Positions 40,686 through 54,077 of a stretch of DNA of 64,000 bases are shown piece by piece (positions within the stretch are counted from its first letter, which is position 1; each line of letters opens with the position of its first letter). This DNA comes from Lama glama. Taxonomy: Eukaryota. The translations under genes and the position numbers were made by a program. The notes beneath the pieces are model-generated. The model had not been told where the DNA came from. It searched no databases and saw only the letters and a list, made by a program, of their open reading frames with translations. The stretch covers positions 60,328,001-60,392,000 of the forward strand of contig CM052817.1 of NCBI GenBank assembly GCA_028534125.1, read 5' to 3'.

Positions 40686-41984
40686 AGCATAGACACGATA
40701 TTGGGACTAAATAGATTTTGTTTTAGTGTGTGTACTTATGATATAACATATATTGTATAGTATTTATATTGAATAATATACATATTTAATAATCAGTGAT
40801 TATATATTCAAATATAGGTTGCAGAAATATATTATTATCATGTAAAGGAATTTTTGGAATGAAAGAAATTGTTAGAACTCAAGTGATTCACAAGATAGTA
40901 TTTAATTACTGATATATGAAGATCCCTAGATATGCTGAATGTGAACCTGCAGAACAAGACAGTAATGCTGACTTAACCTAAGAAGTTTAAGTAGTCACCC
41001 TCATCTGGGACTTGTGGAGGAAAAAGATGGCAATAATGACTACCTGATGCTAAGTTCTCTGGGCAGGACTGAAGAGGAGCAGGACTAGAAGCCCAGGAAA
41101 CCTGGGGTCCAGAAGTGGGCACGGTTCTGACTGTATTTTGTAACAGTACAGGTTTGCCTTTGCTCAGAGTCCTGAAATACACTTCCAGCATGATCCAAAC
41201 CCCTTCTTAGTGCATCTGACCTGAACTCACTATAGCTACAATCAAAAGCTTCACAAATTTTTGGTAGAAATGAAATCACAATTTCAAGATACAGATTTTG
41301 GTGAGTAAACCTTATGCTTTGCAGCTCAGTGACTGTTTTTAAAATTGTAAACCTTTAAGTATTTCTAAATTTTCCAGCCCCTATTCTATCAGGGTTGCTC
41401 TATTTCAAGATGAATTGGTTTAAAAACAAAGACTATAATATACACCCATCATCCTAGCATTTTGGAAATGTATATATGAATTTAAAACTAAGCTGAAAAA
41501 AATAAGCTGAAATTTTTGGATATTTCACCAAATGTGGATATTTCACTGACTATTTGAAGTCAGGTTCACTTGAATCCCTGGAAGTAAACTGTTTTTCATG
41601 AAACTACTTAAATTGAGGAAGAATTACTATTATCACTATAAACCCAAGTAAAATTTGAGAAGTGTTGGGCCTCAGTGTATCTCTGCAGTTTTCAATAGTA
41701 TTTTCATCCTGTAAGTGCGAGAATTGCCATTAAGACATATGTGATCAATGACCAGTACTAAACATATATTGTTCACTTTTGTGTAATGATGTTAATTATA
41801 TTTTTGGATTGTGAAGTACTATGGCTGATTAAAACATGCATATTTCTGAAGAGCTATTTGTCCATTCATATTCAGTGATAAATGCATGCAGCTTTTATAT
41901 CTATGGATACATGGATCTGTCTGTGAGGAATTTCAAAAGTCCCTTTACCTAGATTCCCAAAACCCTGTATCATAGCTTCCAGGG

Positions 41985-42190
41985 TAGAGAGCAGGCATTA
42001 GTGTTTTTAAAAACCTCCTGAGGTGACTGGCACAGGAAAAGTTTGAGAAAGAAGAAAACTGCTCTAGACTACTGCTTTTCGAGCTTTAATGTGCAGACTC
42101 GTCTCTTGGAGATTTTGTTCAAATGCAAATTCTGATTCTGTGGATATGAGCCTGAGATTTTATATTTCTATCAAACTCCCAGAAAACACT
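41985..42190. mobile_element. MER5-type fragments
   Basis: gtgtttttaaaaacctcctgaggtgact...aagtttgagaa; aaatgcaaattctgattctgtggat...gcctgagattttatatttcta. Confidence 0.55.
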
Positions 42191-44040
42191 GGACGGGGCA
42201 TATATAGAGAATTTCCATTATCACCGAAAGTTATGTTGACTAACATTGCTTTTTTTTTTAATTTAAAAATCTGGTTTATTTCTGCTTTATTATAAATCTT
42301 GGTAACAATCAAGATTTTTTTTTTAAGCTGGAATTCAGCCATAAACCTTTAAGTATACTACCAAGTGAGCATTATTATGGAACGTGTAGGAAACAGCAGA
42401 TGATTAAAATGTCTCTCCAGATATAATGAAAAGTTGTGACTAGCACTGCTTTAGACCTTGAATTTATATCTAAAAAACATTTGTCTGAAATTCAGAATAA
42501 CAACCATTAGGAAAGTGTAGAAATTTGGTAACAAATGTTCTTTAACAATATAAATAACTCAGCAGTATAAGTAACTGAGAATTTTGTAACATGCTTCTTG
42601 GCCCACCTACCTGAGGCACACATTACTTGTTGAAAATAATAATAATAATAAAAGAGTTATTTTTTCACAGTCCCCACCAGCTAAACTGTTGGAATTCTGG
42701 TTCCCTCAGACTGATAGTCCGGGATCCCTAGAGTCTATCAGAAGCCACCATTTCCTTTCACCTTTCTGCAAAGTTCTGGTATCAAGATGTTTATGTTGAT
42801 GACCCAGTGTTCCAGATGTAAGTTGGAGACTGATGCTACCACCAGGAAAATTCACGAGTCACTCTTACACCAGCCTGTTGCTGGTATCCTTGTCCAATTC
42901 AACCTAAGGGTTAGAAACACCAAATTCTAGGTGCTCCATTTTAGTGTCCAGTGAGACTGAGGTTGGACCATATGCCCCAGAGAATAAGTGAATCTAATTA
43001 GGGCATCTGCCTGTCAGCCCACAGATGTTCAGGTGTCTCCCTTGTAATTAAGCAGCTTAAGCAAATGGACCACTCTGTTCCCACTTTGCCAGACTTTCAG
43101 ACAGAAAATGACTGATGAGATGACTGAAGTCAAGCCATGCTGGGGACCCCAGTAGAAAACAAAATTGTTCCTTAGAACGTTAATACTCTGAATGAACACA
43201 ATAATCACTTCCTATTTACTTTAAAAAAGAATTCTGATAACAGATGAAACAAAAAGATAAACATAACAAAAAACTAGCCCTTTATATTTCCCTACAGGCT
43301 AACTTCACTTGTTTTTCTAACTTTGTTTAATGGACACACATCTTTGAGAATCTTGGAACTTTTAAATCTTTTACCAGCATTCTCATTATTCTCATTCTCC
43401 TTCTTTAGACTCTAAGCATCATAGGGTCAGGTTCTTTATTTATTTAACTTTAAACTCCATGTCATATGCTACCTAATACATCACATATTAGTGAGCTCTA
43501 AATGAATGGTAAAGTTTTGAGGTGAAATTTGATTTTGGTTTTGAGGGTTTTGGTTCATCTTGTAACTGATTTAAATAAGAACTAAGTCATATGTATCAGG
43601 ATAAACCAAGCATTTTCCTTCTTATTTAATTGCATTCTTTCCTACTTCCAAATGTATATGTATTTGCCTCATGTTAAATTCACTCTTCAAATCAGTACAT
43701 TCTAACTAACAATAACTTCTTGAAACATAACTGAAGTATTTTACCTCAGCAATGACACCTCCCCTCCTTAGACTGTCTATTTTTATCATTTCTGTGTGGA
43801 TTACTAGAATTTCCATGACGAGATTAAATGAAACAACATTCAAAAATTCAGTCTAATCCCTTTATTTTTTAATTGGGAGGAGCTTTAACTAGCTGGTAAA
43901 ACATGAGCATATTTATTTATTTTTTAATATTATTGTTTAAATTATCAAGGTTGAGAGCTAGCCTGGTTCAAATTTAGCATAGGATATAAGATTTGAGACA
44001 CCCAGTTCTCATCTTTGAATAAGTAATCTTTGTTTTGTTC

Positions 44041-44267
44041 TGTAGGGGAGAAAAAATCTCCTCTGCCCACCTAGGTTCAGTACCTGGGTCCCCAAGAATC
44101 AAACTGATAAAGAGAGATTAACAAGAGAAACACACACACAGACTGTTGGAAATTTTAGGGGAATTAGAAAAAAATTTATTTCTTCTTGTAGGTTCTCGGC
44201 TAGGGCCCCTGTTAGAAAAGATAGATTAACAAGAAAAAAACAAATAAACAGAAGTTTATTTATATAA

Positions 44268-44328
<61 letters not shown>

Positions 44329-44949
44329 ATTCAGGGATGAGTAACTCAAAGAACAGGCTAAAACTTGTTTTTAAATGCCATCTCCACCCAAAACTGAGGA
44401 AGAAGGGTGTGAGGAAGGCAGGTTATAGGAAGGTGATGAGAAAAGTACAATGAACAGGGTAAGGTTTGTTATGCAAATTTAAGTTGGTACCTTCTCCAGT
44501 GATAAGCAGCTCTTGTGATTTAGTCATCCTTCTCTTCTTGGTACAGAGATGTTACTTAAAGAGAATTTTAAGACTTACATACCATCCCAAAGGACTATAA
44601 AGTGTGGAGAAAGAAAAGGGGTTGGGGGCCGCTGGGGGGGGGTAGCAAGTATGCAGAAAAGTATGGTGAATAAGCAGTATTTACTAAGGTTAGTTTTGCA
44701 GATTCAAGTCAGTGCCTTCTTCATTGATAAGAGTCATTAAATGTCATCTTCATCTTACTGGTACAGGAGAGAGAGACATCTTTACCAATGCAGATTTTCT
44801 GTATAAATGTAAATTTCCTTTGCTAAAGAGAAGCTTATGCTTTGTTTTTAAAGTTTTTCCTACATCTGCTGTTCCTCAGTTGCCTTCAGCTCAGAATAAT
44901 CCTTATGCCAAGTGACGTATTTGGGGGTGACATATTCTATTTCTCTTCA
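44041..44949 (-). mobile_element. ERV1 (MER34/MER4-group-like) solo LTR containing part of a second related LTR
   Basis: TG...CA termini, 4-bp TSD GTTC (44037-44040 and 44950-44953), ttgccttcagctcagaataatccttatgccaa motif; duplicated internal blocks. Confidence 0.8.
44271..44328. repeat. (TG)16(TA)13 compound microsatellite
   Basis: Directly visible. Confidence 0.95.
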
Positions 44950-46866
44950 GTTCTCTTGCCTTTGTGTGCAGCTAGCATTATAGAGCTGCAGTCTAGGAAG
45001 ATCAGCCCGTTTGCTTGGACAGAGCCTCCTCAAATAGCATTTCTAAGTATTGTCATATTCAGTATCTGATCCCAGACACTTGCTCTTTAGTTATTTATAA
45101 CCACCTTATTCCAAACTTAGCTGTGGCCACTACAGAATTAACTGGAAACCAATAACCCACCACAAAATGGTAAAATATAATTTAAATCACAGGACTAAGG
45201 AAAGGATAAACTAGAATAGAAGGTTATATTTTAGGAGAGAAATTACCATATCAAAATATAGGATCAGGGTGTTGCATTACTTCTCTCAATAAAATGGTAA
45301 ACTACTTGAAGTCAGGGACTACTATTCATTTCATCTTCTCATCAGTATTTGACATAGCACTGATGCTCATTAAATACTTCATGATTTGTTTTCTTTCATT
45401 TATTTGTGAAAAAGCAAAGCAGGAAAAAAAAAGATTGCCTTTACATATCATAAAAATATTTTCTTTTTTATTGATGAGAGACTGCCCAAGTGAGAACCTT
45501 GACACAATTGCAAAAAGCTAGGAAATTGAACCATTCTCAGATTGCTTTACTGCCTGGCCAATTTTAAGGAGAAATAAACCATTGGAAATCCCTTGTGGTG
45601 TCCCCAGTTAAGTTCGGCACGGTCTCACAGCTCTCAGTATGGACACTAATTTCCAAAATGTCACTCGAGCCCTTGAAGGATGAAATTGGTTCAACTGATA
45701 CCTCTTTAGAGGACACGAACGTCCATCTGACATATATTCACTAATTATTATTATTATTTCTTAATTATTTTAAAACAGAAGATGAAAGGCTAAGACATAA
45801 TTCTAACTGGCACAGGAGTTTCATAGCGGGAAGGCACCTCTTGATTAGCAGCTGTGTAAGCAGAGGGAGGGTTGGGGGAATGGAAATTTGGCCAAGAATT
45901 CACACAGGAAGGTGCTCCCTGTGCTTCGAAATAGCTCAATCACTACTCAGCGTGCTGTGAAAGCGCTCAACTGGTGCTCAACTTCCACATATTCAAATGA
46001 GTTGAGAGCTTACTTTTTAGAAGTGCTCAATCGGGAGTGCTCAAGTCCTGGGGCCTATTAGTTGAATGCTAATTAACTTCCCCTTTTCATCTGGTTCACT
46101 TCTCAATTAAGCAGACAGACAGCTTTGCTGTTCACATTTTCAGGTTGAACCTGGACTTTCCACAAGACACTGAGAGACCTGGATTTCTTGTGGAGGAGGC
46201 AAAGGTCCCACTGACCATTCTTGTGGCTTTGTTTGGCTAGATTTCATTCTCTCTCTGTCTCTCTCATTTTTTCACATTCTCCTCCTCACTATTTCTGAGC
46301 TTTATTGTCTTGGTTTGAAGCTATTTTGAGAAGGCTAAAATAGCAGAGCTTGCTGTGTTATTTGATCTGGTATCTTTTTATTCTTGATACATGGGTTTGG
46401 GTTTTCCCAAGTGCCTTTTCAATCATTTTGATAAGATTGCCCTGAGAAATGGTTTTGAGCTTTGAGTTTAAGAAATTGTGTAGCTTTGTGCTATGTTCCA
46501 TAATGTCCACTTATACCTTTGGCTAACTCATTAGCTTTTCACTTTCTAAGTGGGAAAGAGGAGTCCCATAATGTGCTCAGTATTAAGAATGTAACTCCAT
46601 TAACTGATAGGCTTAAGATCAATTTTGAGCCATATATTTTGGGGAAAATATACTATGTCTTTGAATAATCTCACTATTGCTGTAAGTTGTGATGAATAGT
46701 TAAATGGAATTCTATTTTCTGTGACAACATCAAAATATCATAGGAAGATGCATTGATGTGTGAGTGTATTTTTAAAACATATTCAAGTAATTTCATACAC
46801 TCCTTTTGCAAGTACTTCATTGTGCATTAAAAAAATCTTTTGAAGTATATGTATTTCTATGATAAT

Positions 46867-47507
46867 TTTTACCAAACCAAATTTGAGCCCACCTGCCTAT
46901 GTGCAGTAAAGCCAATCTGCTGACACTGGGCTGTGGTGAAGGGAAGTGCAGCGTTTATTGCAGGGCACCAAGCAAGGAGTCCAGGCAGCCAGTGCTCAGA
47001 AGACCCAAACTCACTGATGGCTTTCAGGGAAAGGTTTTTAAAGGGATGGGGGTTGTGGGATGTGTAATCAGCTCATGGACATCCTTCTGATTGGTTGGTG
47101 GAGAAGTAATCAGGAGTCAACATCATCAACCTTCTGGTTCCAGCTGGTCTGGAGTCTGCATGCTTGTGGGCAGCATACAGTTAGCTTCTTCCACCCGGTA
47201 GGGATGTTCAGTATCCGCATATCAAAGGATATGGCTCAGAATATTATCTGTAGCCCTTGAGAAGGAACTAAAGATCTTTGGTTTTGTTTAATGGCTAAAC
47301 CATTATTATTTTGCCTTAACTGACTTTTCCTTTGTTTCTGCATTTTCTCACTTCTCTGATTAAATTTATCCTTTGAAACTCAGGGAAGGCCTAGAAGGCT
47401 AAAGTTGTACAACAAACAAGTGGCAGGCAGTGGAAATGAAGCGGTAGCATTTGAAGGACATGGGGTGGGGGCCTGTCCTGGGAAGGCCTCATAGGATTAT
47501 GCAATCA
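46867..47507 (-). mobile_element. ERV1 LTR (MER4 group, LTR39-like)
   Basis: ttaccaaaccaaa...gcagtaaagccaatc...gcgtttattgcagggcaccaagcaaggag...gatggctttcagggaaaggtttttaaagg...cttctgattggttggtgg. Confidence 0.78.
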
Positions 47508-49879
47508 GCCTAAGATTGTTCACTTAGGTCTGTTGTTCAGTGTGGTCTTCAGTGCACTGGATGCAACATGACAGTCATATCCTATTTCCCCTTATTACCA
47601 ATACAAATTCTATAACCAGCTGAAGAAAGTCTTTGAGAATATTCTCCTTTAAATGGAGGAAAAGCCAAGCCAAAGTTTTTCCTGTCAAAACCTTTATTTC
47701 AGTTTAATTCTTGATCTTCTGTAGTGGTGTGGCAAGTTGTTGTTCAAAGAAAAGGTTAGGGAATGTTTAAGTAAATAAAAAGGTAAGATTCTGTGTACTT
47801 CACACAGTTAACCCCCTAACTCATCTCCCAGTCAACTGCTCCCCAAGGCAAAAGTGCCTTCCCATCTATAAATGTCACTGGAAAGGCCATGGATTTTGGT
47901 GGAAATATCAAGACTTCTTATGCTGCAGCCATTGAAAACGTAGGTACTCCAACTCCTCCATTCTGATTTGGATTCTCCAAGCAGCCTTCAGATTTTAATT
48001 GGCTTCCATGTGGGTCTACTGTAGAGAAAGACTAAATTGGTCAGATAAATAAATTGTTCAGAAAATAAATTAGTCAATATAAAGTTTTATGTCAGTTATA
48101 CCTCAATTTAAAAAAAAAGGCATCAGTCACATTCCTGTATGTGTGAAAAGGATAGGAATCTCACTGGAAATTAATACATTTGCATCAGGACTTCCTATCA
48201 CAATCTGGACTTTGCTAATGTGACTTGTACTGAATGATGGGATAGTGCGCAGTAGTCTCACAATAGGCACTTTCTGAGCCTGCAGTGCTAATGGCCTGAC
48301 CTTGGATAGTGATGAATTCACTAAGATAATGACTATCACATATTAAAGTCTCTTTTGAGAAAACTTGATGGATGTCAAAATCAAGTTTAAAATTATTTTC
48401 TTTTTGAATTTCTTTTGAATTTACGTGATGTTTTTACAGTAATGCCATGCTCAGTTTTATGGGCACAATGGACTTTTTTTTTTTTTTTTTACCTTTATGC
48501 TGGTATTCAAAACTACAAAACTAAGCACTTCAACAAAAATTAAAATTTAATATTTTTAGCAACCTGGGGTATCTTATAATGGTAATATGTGATTAGAAAT
48601 ACCTTTTTTATAGAACAAAATGAGAGAATTTGGTTAACAGAGGTTACTTCACAAATTCTGCCCAGTGGCTGTAAGAGGCAGTGCCGTGTTATTGCTTTGC
48701 TCTAAAATGAAAATAGAAACATATGCCCCAGTGCCCCTCACTGCTTGGCATATTGAAGCTTGTCTATTAAATTGCCCTTTACAGAGTTTCATCATGTTCT
48801 GTCTCTCTGAAAATAAAAACTAATTCAGCTTTTTTATTTTTGTGATAGAAAAAATAATATCTAGAATGGAGTTTGCCATGCAATCATACATTCAAGTGAT
48901 GTATTTACTTTAATAAACCAAGAAGATATTTAGGTGGTTTGCATCAATTTTAAACAATTATCTTTTTTGTGTTTACTTGACCTAGTTAGATAATGATTTG
49001 CAAATGGATTTGATTCAAGGAAACACTGGTTAAAACGTTTAGTGAAGTCTTAAAACAAGGGCTTTTTATATTCCTGAACAATAGGAGGCTTGGCCTCCTA
49101 TTATAGGAGGTTTAGCCTCCTGTGAGGTGTGTGGGGCTTGTTTGCAGTCAGCTTTGACATTTTCAGATATTTCCACTAAAAGGAGTTCTATTTTGAAGAC
49201 ACTACTGGAGAGCGTCCTCCATTGAGTGCTACTCCCTTTTATTCTTGTAGTTTTCAGTTTCTGTTGGCCAAGATTAAAAAATGATTGAGGCAGCCACAGT
49301 ATATGTCATTTGATTGCTATACAAGATAATAGTTTTTCACTTTTTAATATTATCTCTTCCAAATTAGGATTTTGTAATGTCTCATTAATATGCATATGCT
49401 TGTTATGACTGTGTTTTTCCCCTACTGTATGATCTACTTTCCAGTTGAAAATTAATAAACTCTCTCAACTGGTCCTAAAGTTCTCATCAATATGAGCAGA
49501 TGTTGCTGTTGTTTGTTTGGCTGAAGCATTTACTTTGACAGATACCATCTGAGTTTGAAAATAAACTAAGCCCAAGCCTTGGTTTTGTATAGTAGTAGCA
49601 GGAAAATATTTTGTTTTGTGTTGATTTCAGTGGTAAAAACAACAGTGGTTATCTGATCATTTTTAGGATATGAATTTCAAAAAAGAAGTCATGCTTGTTT
49701 TTTGGTTTTATTTTTATGTCAGTGTCCAGTCAAAACACTCTTTAAATGAGAGTCAAAAGACATCGCATCTATAACAGTGTTTTTTTAAACTATGTGGTAT
49801 GCTAAAATTTCAGTCATTTTATCCATTTTGTAAAAATCAACTCACTATTCAATTTTTGAATAGTGCCACTATTCAAATC

Positions 49880-50060
49880 AATCACAGGTTCTTTTAAACA
49901 TCATAATACCCCTATAGGATAGATACTATTATTAAGCCCATTTTATAGATGAAAAAGGTAAGGTACAGGAAGACATGTAGCCTCCCCAAGGTCACACAGT
50001 GGATTATAACCCAGGCAGCCTGCCTCCATATTTTGTGCTTGTAATTGCTAAACTATGCAG
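49880..50060 (-). mobile_element. MIR
   Basis: cctataggatagatactattattaagcccattttatagatgaaaaa...cccaaggtcacacag. Confidence 0.75.
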
Positions 50061-52379
50061 TGTTAAAAATTCCACTTTTTTTTTTTTTCTTTTGTGAATG
50101 CTAGCCTCTGGATGTTTGTGAAGAAGTCCTTGCCTTAATGGTAAGACAGTGGACTTTCCAATATAGGTCCTGTTATTCTTTGACTGAAAATGTAGTCAAA
50201 GCTTCTGAGGGACTTAAATCCAAAGAGAGGAAGGAGGTAGAAAGAGGCTCACAGATTAGCTAATGCGACACCAGTCCTGTAGATCAGTGGGGCGAAAATG
50301 TCATACCAGCACAGTTATTTCATTTAGGCCTAAGGTTTAAAATTTTCAATGGAAAGGAATCATTTAAAAATCTTAAGATATGGTGTAAACACTGGTTGCA
50401 ATATTGTCTATCTTACACATAGCAGAATAAATTATTTAAACAGATTGTGCATTAAATGCAGGAAAATGGAATTCTAAAGGAAAAGATATAGAAGAATCTG
50501 CTTTTGAGGCAAATTTACCTCTTTAAAGATTGTTCTAGAACCAACTGTAATTCTATGTGAATAAGGCTTTATTATATTTGTAAGGAAATTTCATCTACTG
50601 ACGAAGACTTCTGGGAGGTTAAAGGATCAGTAATTTCCAGGGTGTAGAGCACCATATGAATCTTAAAGGCAAAGTAGCTGTTGATAAAGGAAGGACAGTA
50701 TGTCCTCTTCCATTGGGTAGTTTATACTCTAAGGCTGTTGATTATGACACAGACAAAAATTAATATGAAAATACAAATACATACAGAAAAAAAATGTTAT
50801 TGTTTAAAAACTTGCACTATATGTCGGTTACTTCAAATTGTAAATAATGAGATTTGGCTTATATATGTTGCCATTGCAGCTAGTTGATATTTGGCAAAGT
50901 CATATTTAACCCTTCTCAGGTTTCCATAGGGAATCAACATTGCGCAGTTATCTTAGGCAGATGGCTATAACAAAACTCCAGCCTGAGTATATATTGCCCC
51001 TTGAACTCCTTGAGGAAGAGGAAACAAAAACTAAACACAAAATAGAGTAAACCTTCAAATTATTTGAAAAATAATTTTATAGGCATTATGATGATTACTG
51101 TTCAGAATGATGCCTTGCCCTTGAGAAATTTGCATTTTACATTAAGCAAACTGCCAATTTATACGACTGCTGCTTGAGATGGCACAATTATACTACAGGC
51201 ACTTTGTCCTTTAGGCCCAGAAGAAACCCACGGAACTGCTCTGTCAGTATCATTCATGCAAGTGACATATAATGTCAAAACTGTTTAGTGAAGCAAGTAA
51301 GCAGAGTTAAGAGGGTTTCATGATGGAAAGAAATGGTGTATGGATGCACAGATGAGGCTGGGATATGGTTTGAATTGACAGTGAGGTGTGCAATTTTGGC
51401 TATCTTGCTCTGTTTTTTATATTATCTAAAGATATGAAATATACTTGAAACAAATGAGTTTCATCTCTAATGAGACTGAAAATATGGGGATGTTTTAATT
51501 ATATCATCTTTAATAACATTTTATCATGAAACTGAAACACATGGGTTCACTATATTTTATATTTATCTACCTCAGGAGTAACTTTTTAAAAGCTAAAATA
51601 CAGATTTAATGTAATTAGAAGAATAAGTGCTCTTTCTGAAACCATTCACCTATTTTATAATTCACATAAATTTAGCTTTTTGATATTGAAGTAAAAGTGT
51701 ACCAAGGATTTCTTCTTAATTTAGTATATAAAGACATTTGAGTTTTATTTTTGTATCACATTTGTATCATAATCCACACACCCAAGAATGTTATAGCTAG
51801 ATGCAGAATGCTTGTGAAAAACAGTCATGTATATATCACTGACTAATTTAAGGAATAGGTAGGATGACCTCATAATTGGAAAAAAACATTAACAGTAGTG
51901 GCCAAGAAGACTTGCAGGAAAGGTAAGATAAGGAGGAATCAAGGGGAACCCTAAGTAATAGTTATTATAATATCCCTTTTTATAGAAGAAGAATCTAAGC
52001 TCAAGTCAGGTTACTAATGCAGAAATCACATAGCTAATAAATGAATGAACAACCGTTTCAAATCATCTCTCACTGAATGCACCCCGGTCCCCCAATTTTT
52101 GCCTGACATCATTCTGAGCATGGAAGATATAGTGGTGAAGAAGAGAGACAGACTTAATCCTTTCATTTATTTTGTTTTCTTAATGCATAGTAGCAGATAT
52201 AAACATGGTAATAAAATATTTGATATTAGTAAGTGCTATAATGAAATAAGATAATAAGAGATTTCTTTCCAAAGAGATGATTTACTCTTGTAACCTAATA
52301 AATATCAATATCCTACAAAGTTTGTCTTTGCTATTAAGAACACTTTCTGGAGATAGGCCCTATATAATTTACTACTGTG

Positions 52380-52570
52380 TAGTCAGATTTCCTGGGTTCT
52401 TCATATACTTTCTGTGTGACCTTGAGCCTGTCTGAGCCTCATTTCCCTCACTGGCAAAATGGAGTTAATAATAATACTTACCAACATCTCGTAATTTTTT
52501 ACAGGAATAGAGAATTTATGTAAAATGCTTAAAATAGTGTTTGATATCTAAAAACTCAAATATGTGCTAT
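52380..52570 (+). mobile_element. MIR
   Basis: agtcagatttcctgggttc...ctgtgtgaccttgagc...tctgagcctcatttccctcactggcaaaatggagttaataata. Confidence 0.78.
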
Positions 52571-52699
52571 TCTTGTGCTTTTCCTTGTATTTGCTTATGA
52601 TTTTACTAACCATGGTTTGAAACACTATTAAGCCATAATAAGCTTTTGTGTTGGTAGAATCTTGGTACAGTGTCACAGACAATAGGTAAATTAGGGTAG

Positions 52700-53950
52700 C
52701 AGTACCTCTGAGAATACCTCAAGTGAACCTATCCACTTGACTCAAGGTTCTCTTTGAATGTGATATGCTTGAACTTTCATGGATAGCACTTTTGTACATC
52801 TTACGTCCTTTCTTATTTGCTTCCCTGTAAACACTTATTGATGCATTATGCCCTTCATGCTCTATTACTTGTGTTTACTACTTCTAATTGAACCACTAAT
52901 ACTTCTTCAAATCTCTATATTGCTGCATTACAGTATGTCCAGCCAAAATATTTGACACATTAATCTGTTTCTTATATCCTAACCTGAATGCTACTCTGAC
53001 GTCTTACTGTCAAATTGACTCATGAATCTTCACTTCAGATGCTATTCAAACTACTTCCTCAGTTGATTAATTACACCTCTATTTACTCAGTTATCTAAAC
53101 CAGACAACTAGGAGTCGCCTTCCCCTCAGACCTCACATGACCTTGCTGTTCTCCTAGTTCTCTTCTTTCTCCATCACCGTTTCTCTTACTAGCTTATTAC
53201 TTTAGGTTGCTAATTGCTCTAAGTCTAGCTTCCCTCCAAAACCCTTTTCTAAGTGGATGCACAAGTAGTTTTTCTAAAATGCAAACAGGATTATATCACT
53301 ACTTTACCTGAAATCTTTTAATAGTTCTTTATTGTCTTTGGGATCGTCTCCATAAAATGTATATACATCCTTTGTACCTACATCTCCTGCAACTTTCTTT
53401 TATTTACTCAATACCTTTTATAGTTCCTTCAAAAATTCTTTGCTCTCCTATTTGTTCCTCAAGACTCAGGTTTTTCTAAATCAGGGTTCCAACCAGAAAG
53501 AGATTTCACACTCAGATCATTCAAATATTTGAAGAAGGATCTATTTACAAAAGTTTAGGCAGAGTATAGGTAACACACAAATGGTAGTGCAATAACCTGG
53601 GCTAAAATAATAAATTCAGTGAATATATTCTTCTTGCTTAGTCCAATCCAGCACTGGGGCTCCCTGTTGACTGAACCTCCTCGAAGTCAGAGGCTTGGGA
53701 GCTGTTCACATGGTCCACATAATCTGCCAGCTGAGAAAGGTGGAGATAGAGCTGGAGAGCCAAATGAAAGATTCCTGAAAGCTTTTCCAGATTCTTCCCA
53801 TGTCTAGTCAGAGGCTTCCCCTTGTGTGTGTCTACAGTCCATGTTCTCCTCTTACAGCACACGTGGCTTGTGTTGCAGTCGCCTTTTTCAGGTCACCTAT
53901 ATCTTGCTGGTCTACTGACTGACTAGACTATGATGTCCTAGGGCTCCTAG
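52700..53950 (+). mobile_element. L2 fragments interrupted by an LTR33-like element
   Basis: tttactcagttatctaaaccagacaactaggagtcgcc, ttttctaaaatgcaaacaggattatatcact, gttccttcaaaaattc. Confidence 0.55.
53478..53775 (-). mobile_element. LTR33-like (ERVL) LTR, internally deleted
   Basis: tcagggttccaaccagaaagagatttcacactcag...ctatttacaaaagtttaggcagag...ctccctgttgactgaacc...gaagtcagagg...ctggagagccaaatgaaagat. Confidence 0.65.
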
Positions 53951-54022
53951 AAGACCCTTTCCATTTTAAGTAAATTTTACTATATTGTCTTTTTTTTTTT
54001 TCACTAAGAAACTAGACTGGAA

Positions 54023-54037
54023 ACACACACACACACA

Positions 54038-54072
<35 letters not shown>
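54023..54072. repeat. (AC)9(TC)16 compound microsatellite
   Basis: Directly visible. Confidence 0.95.
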
Positions 54073-54077
<5 letters not shown>

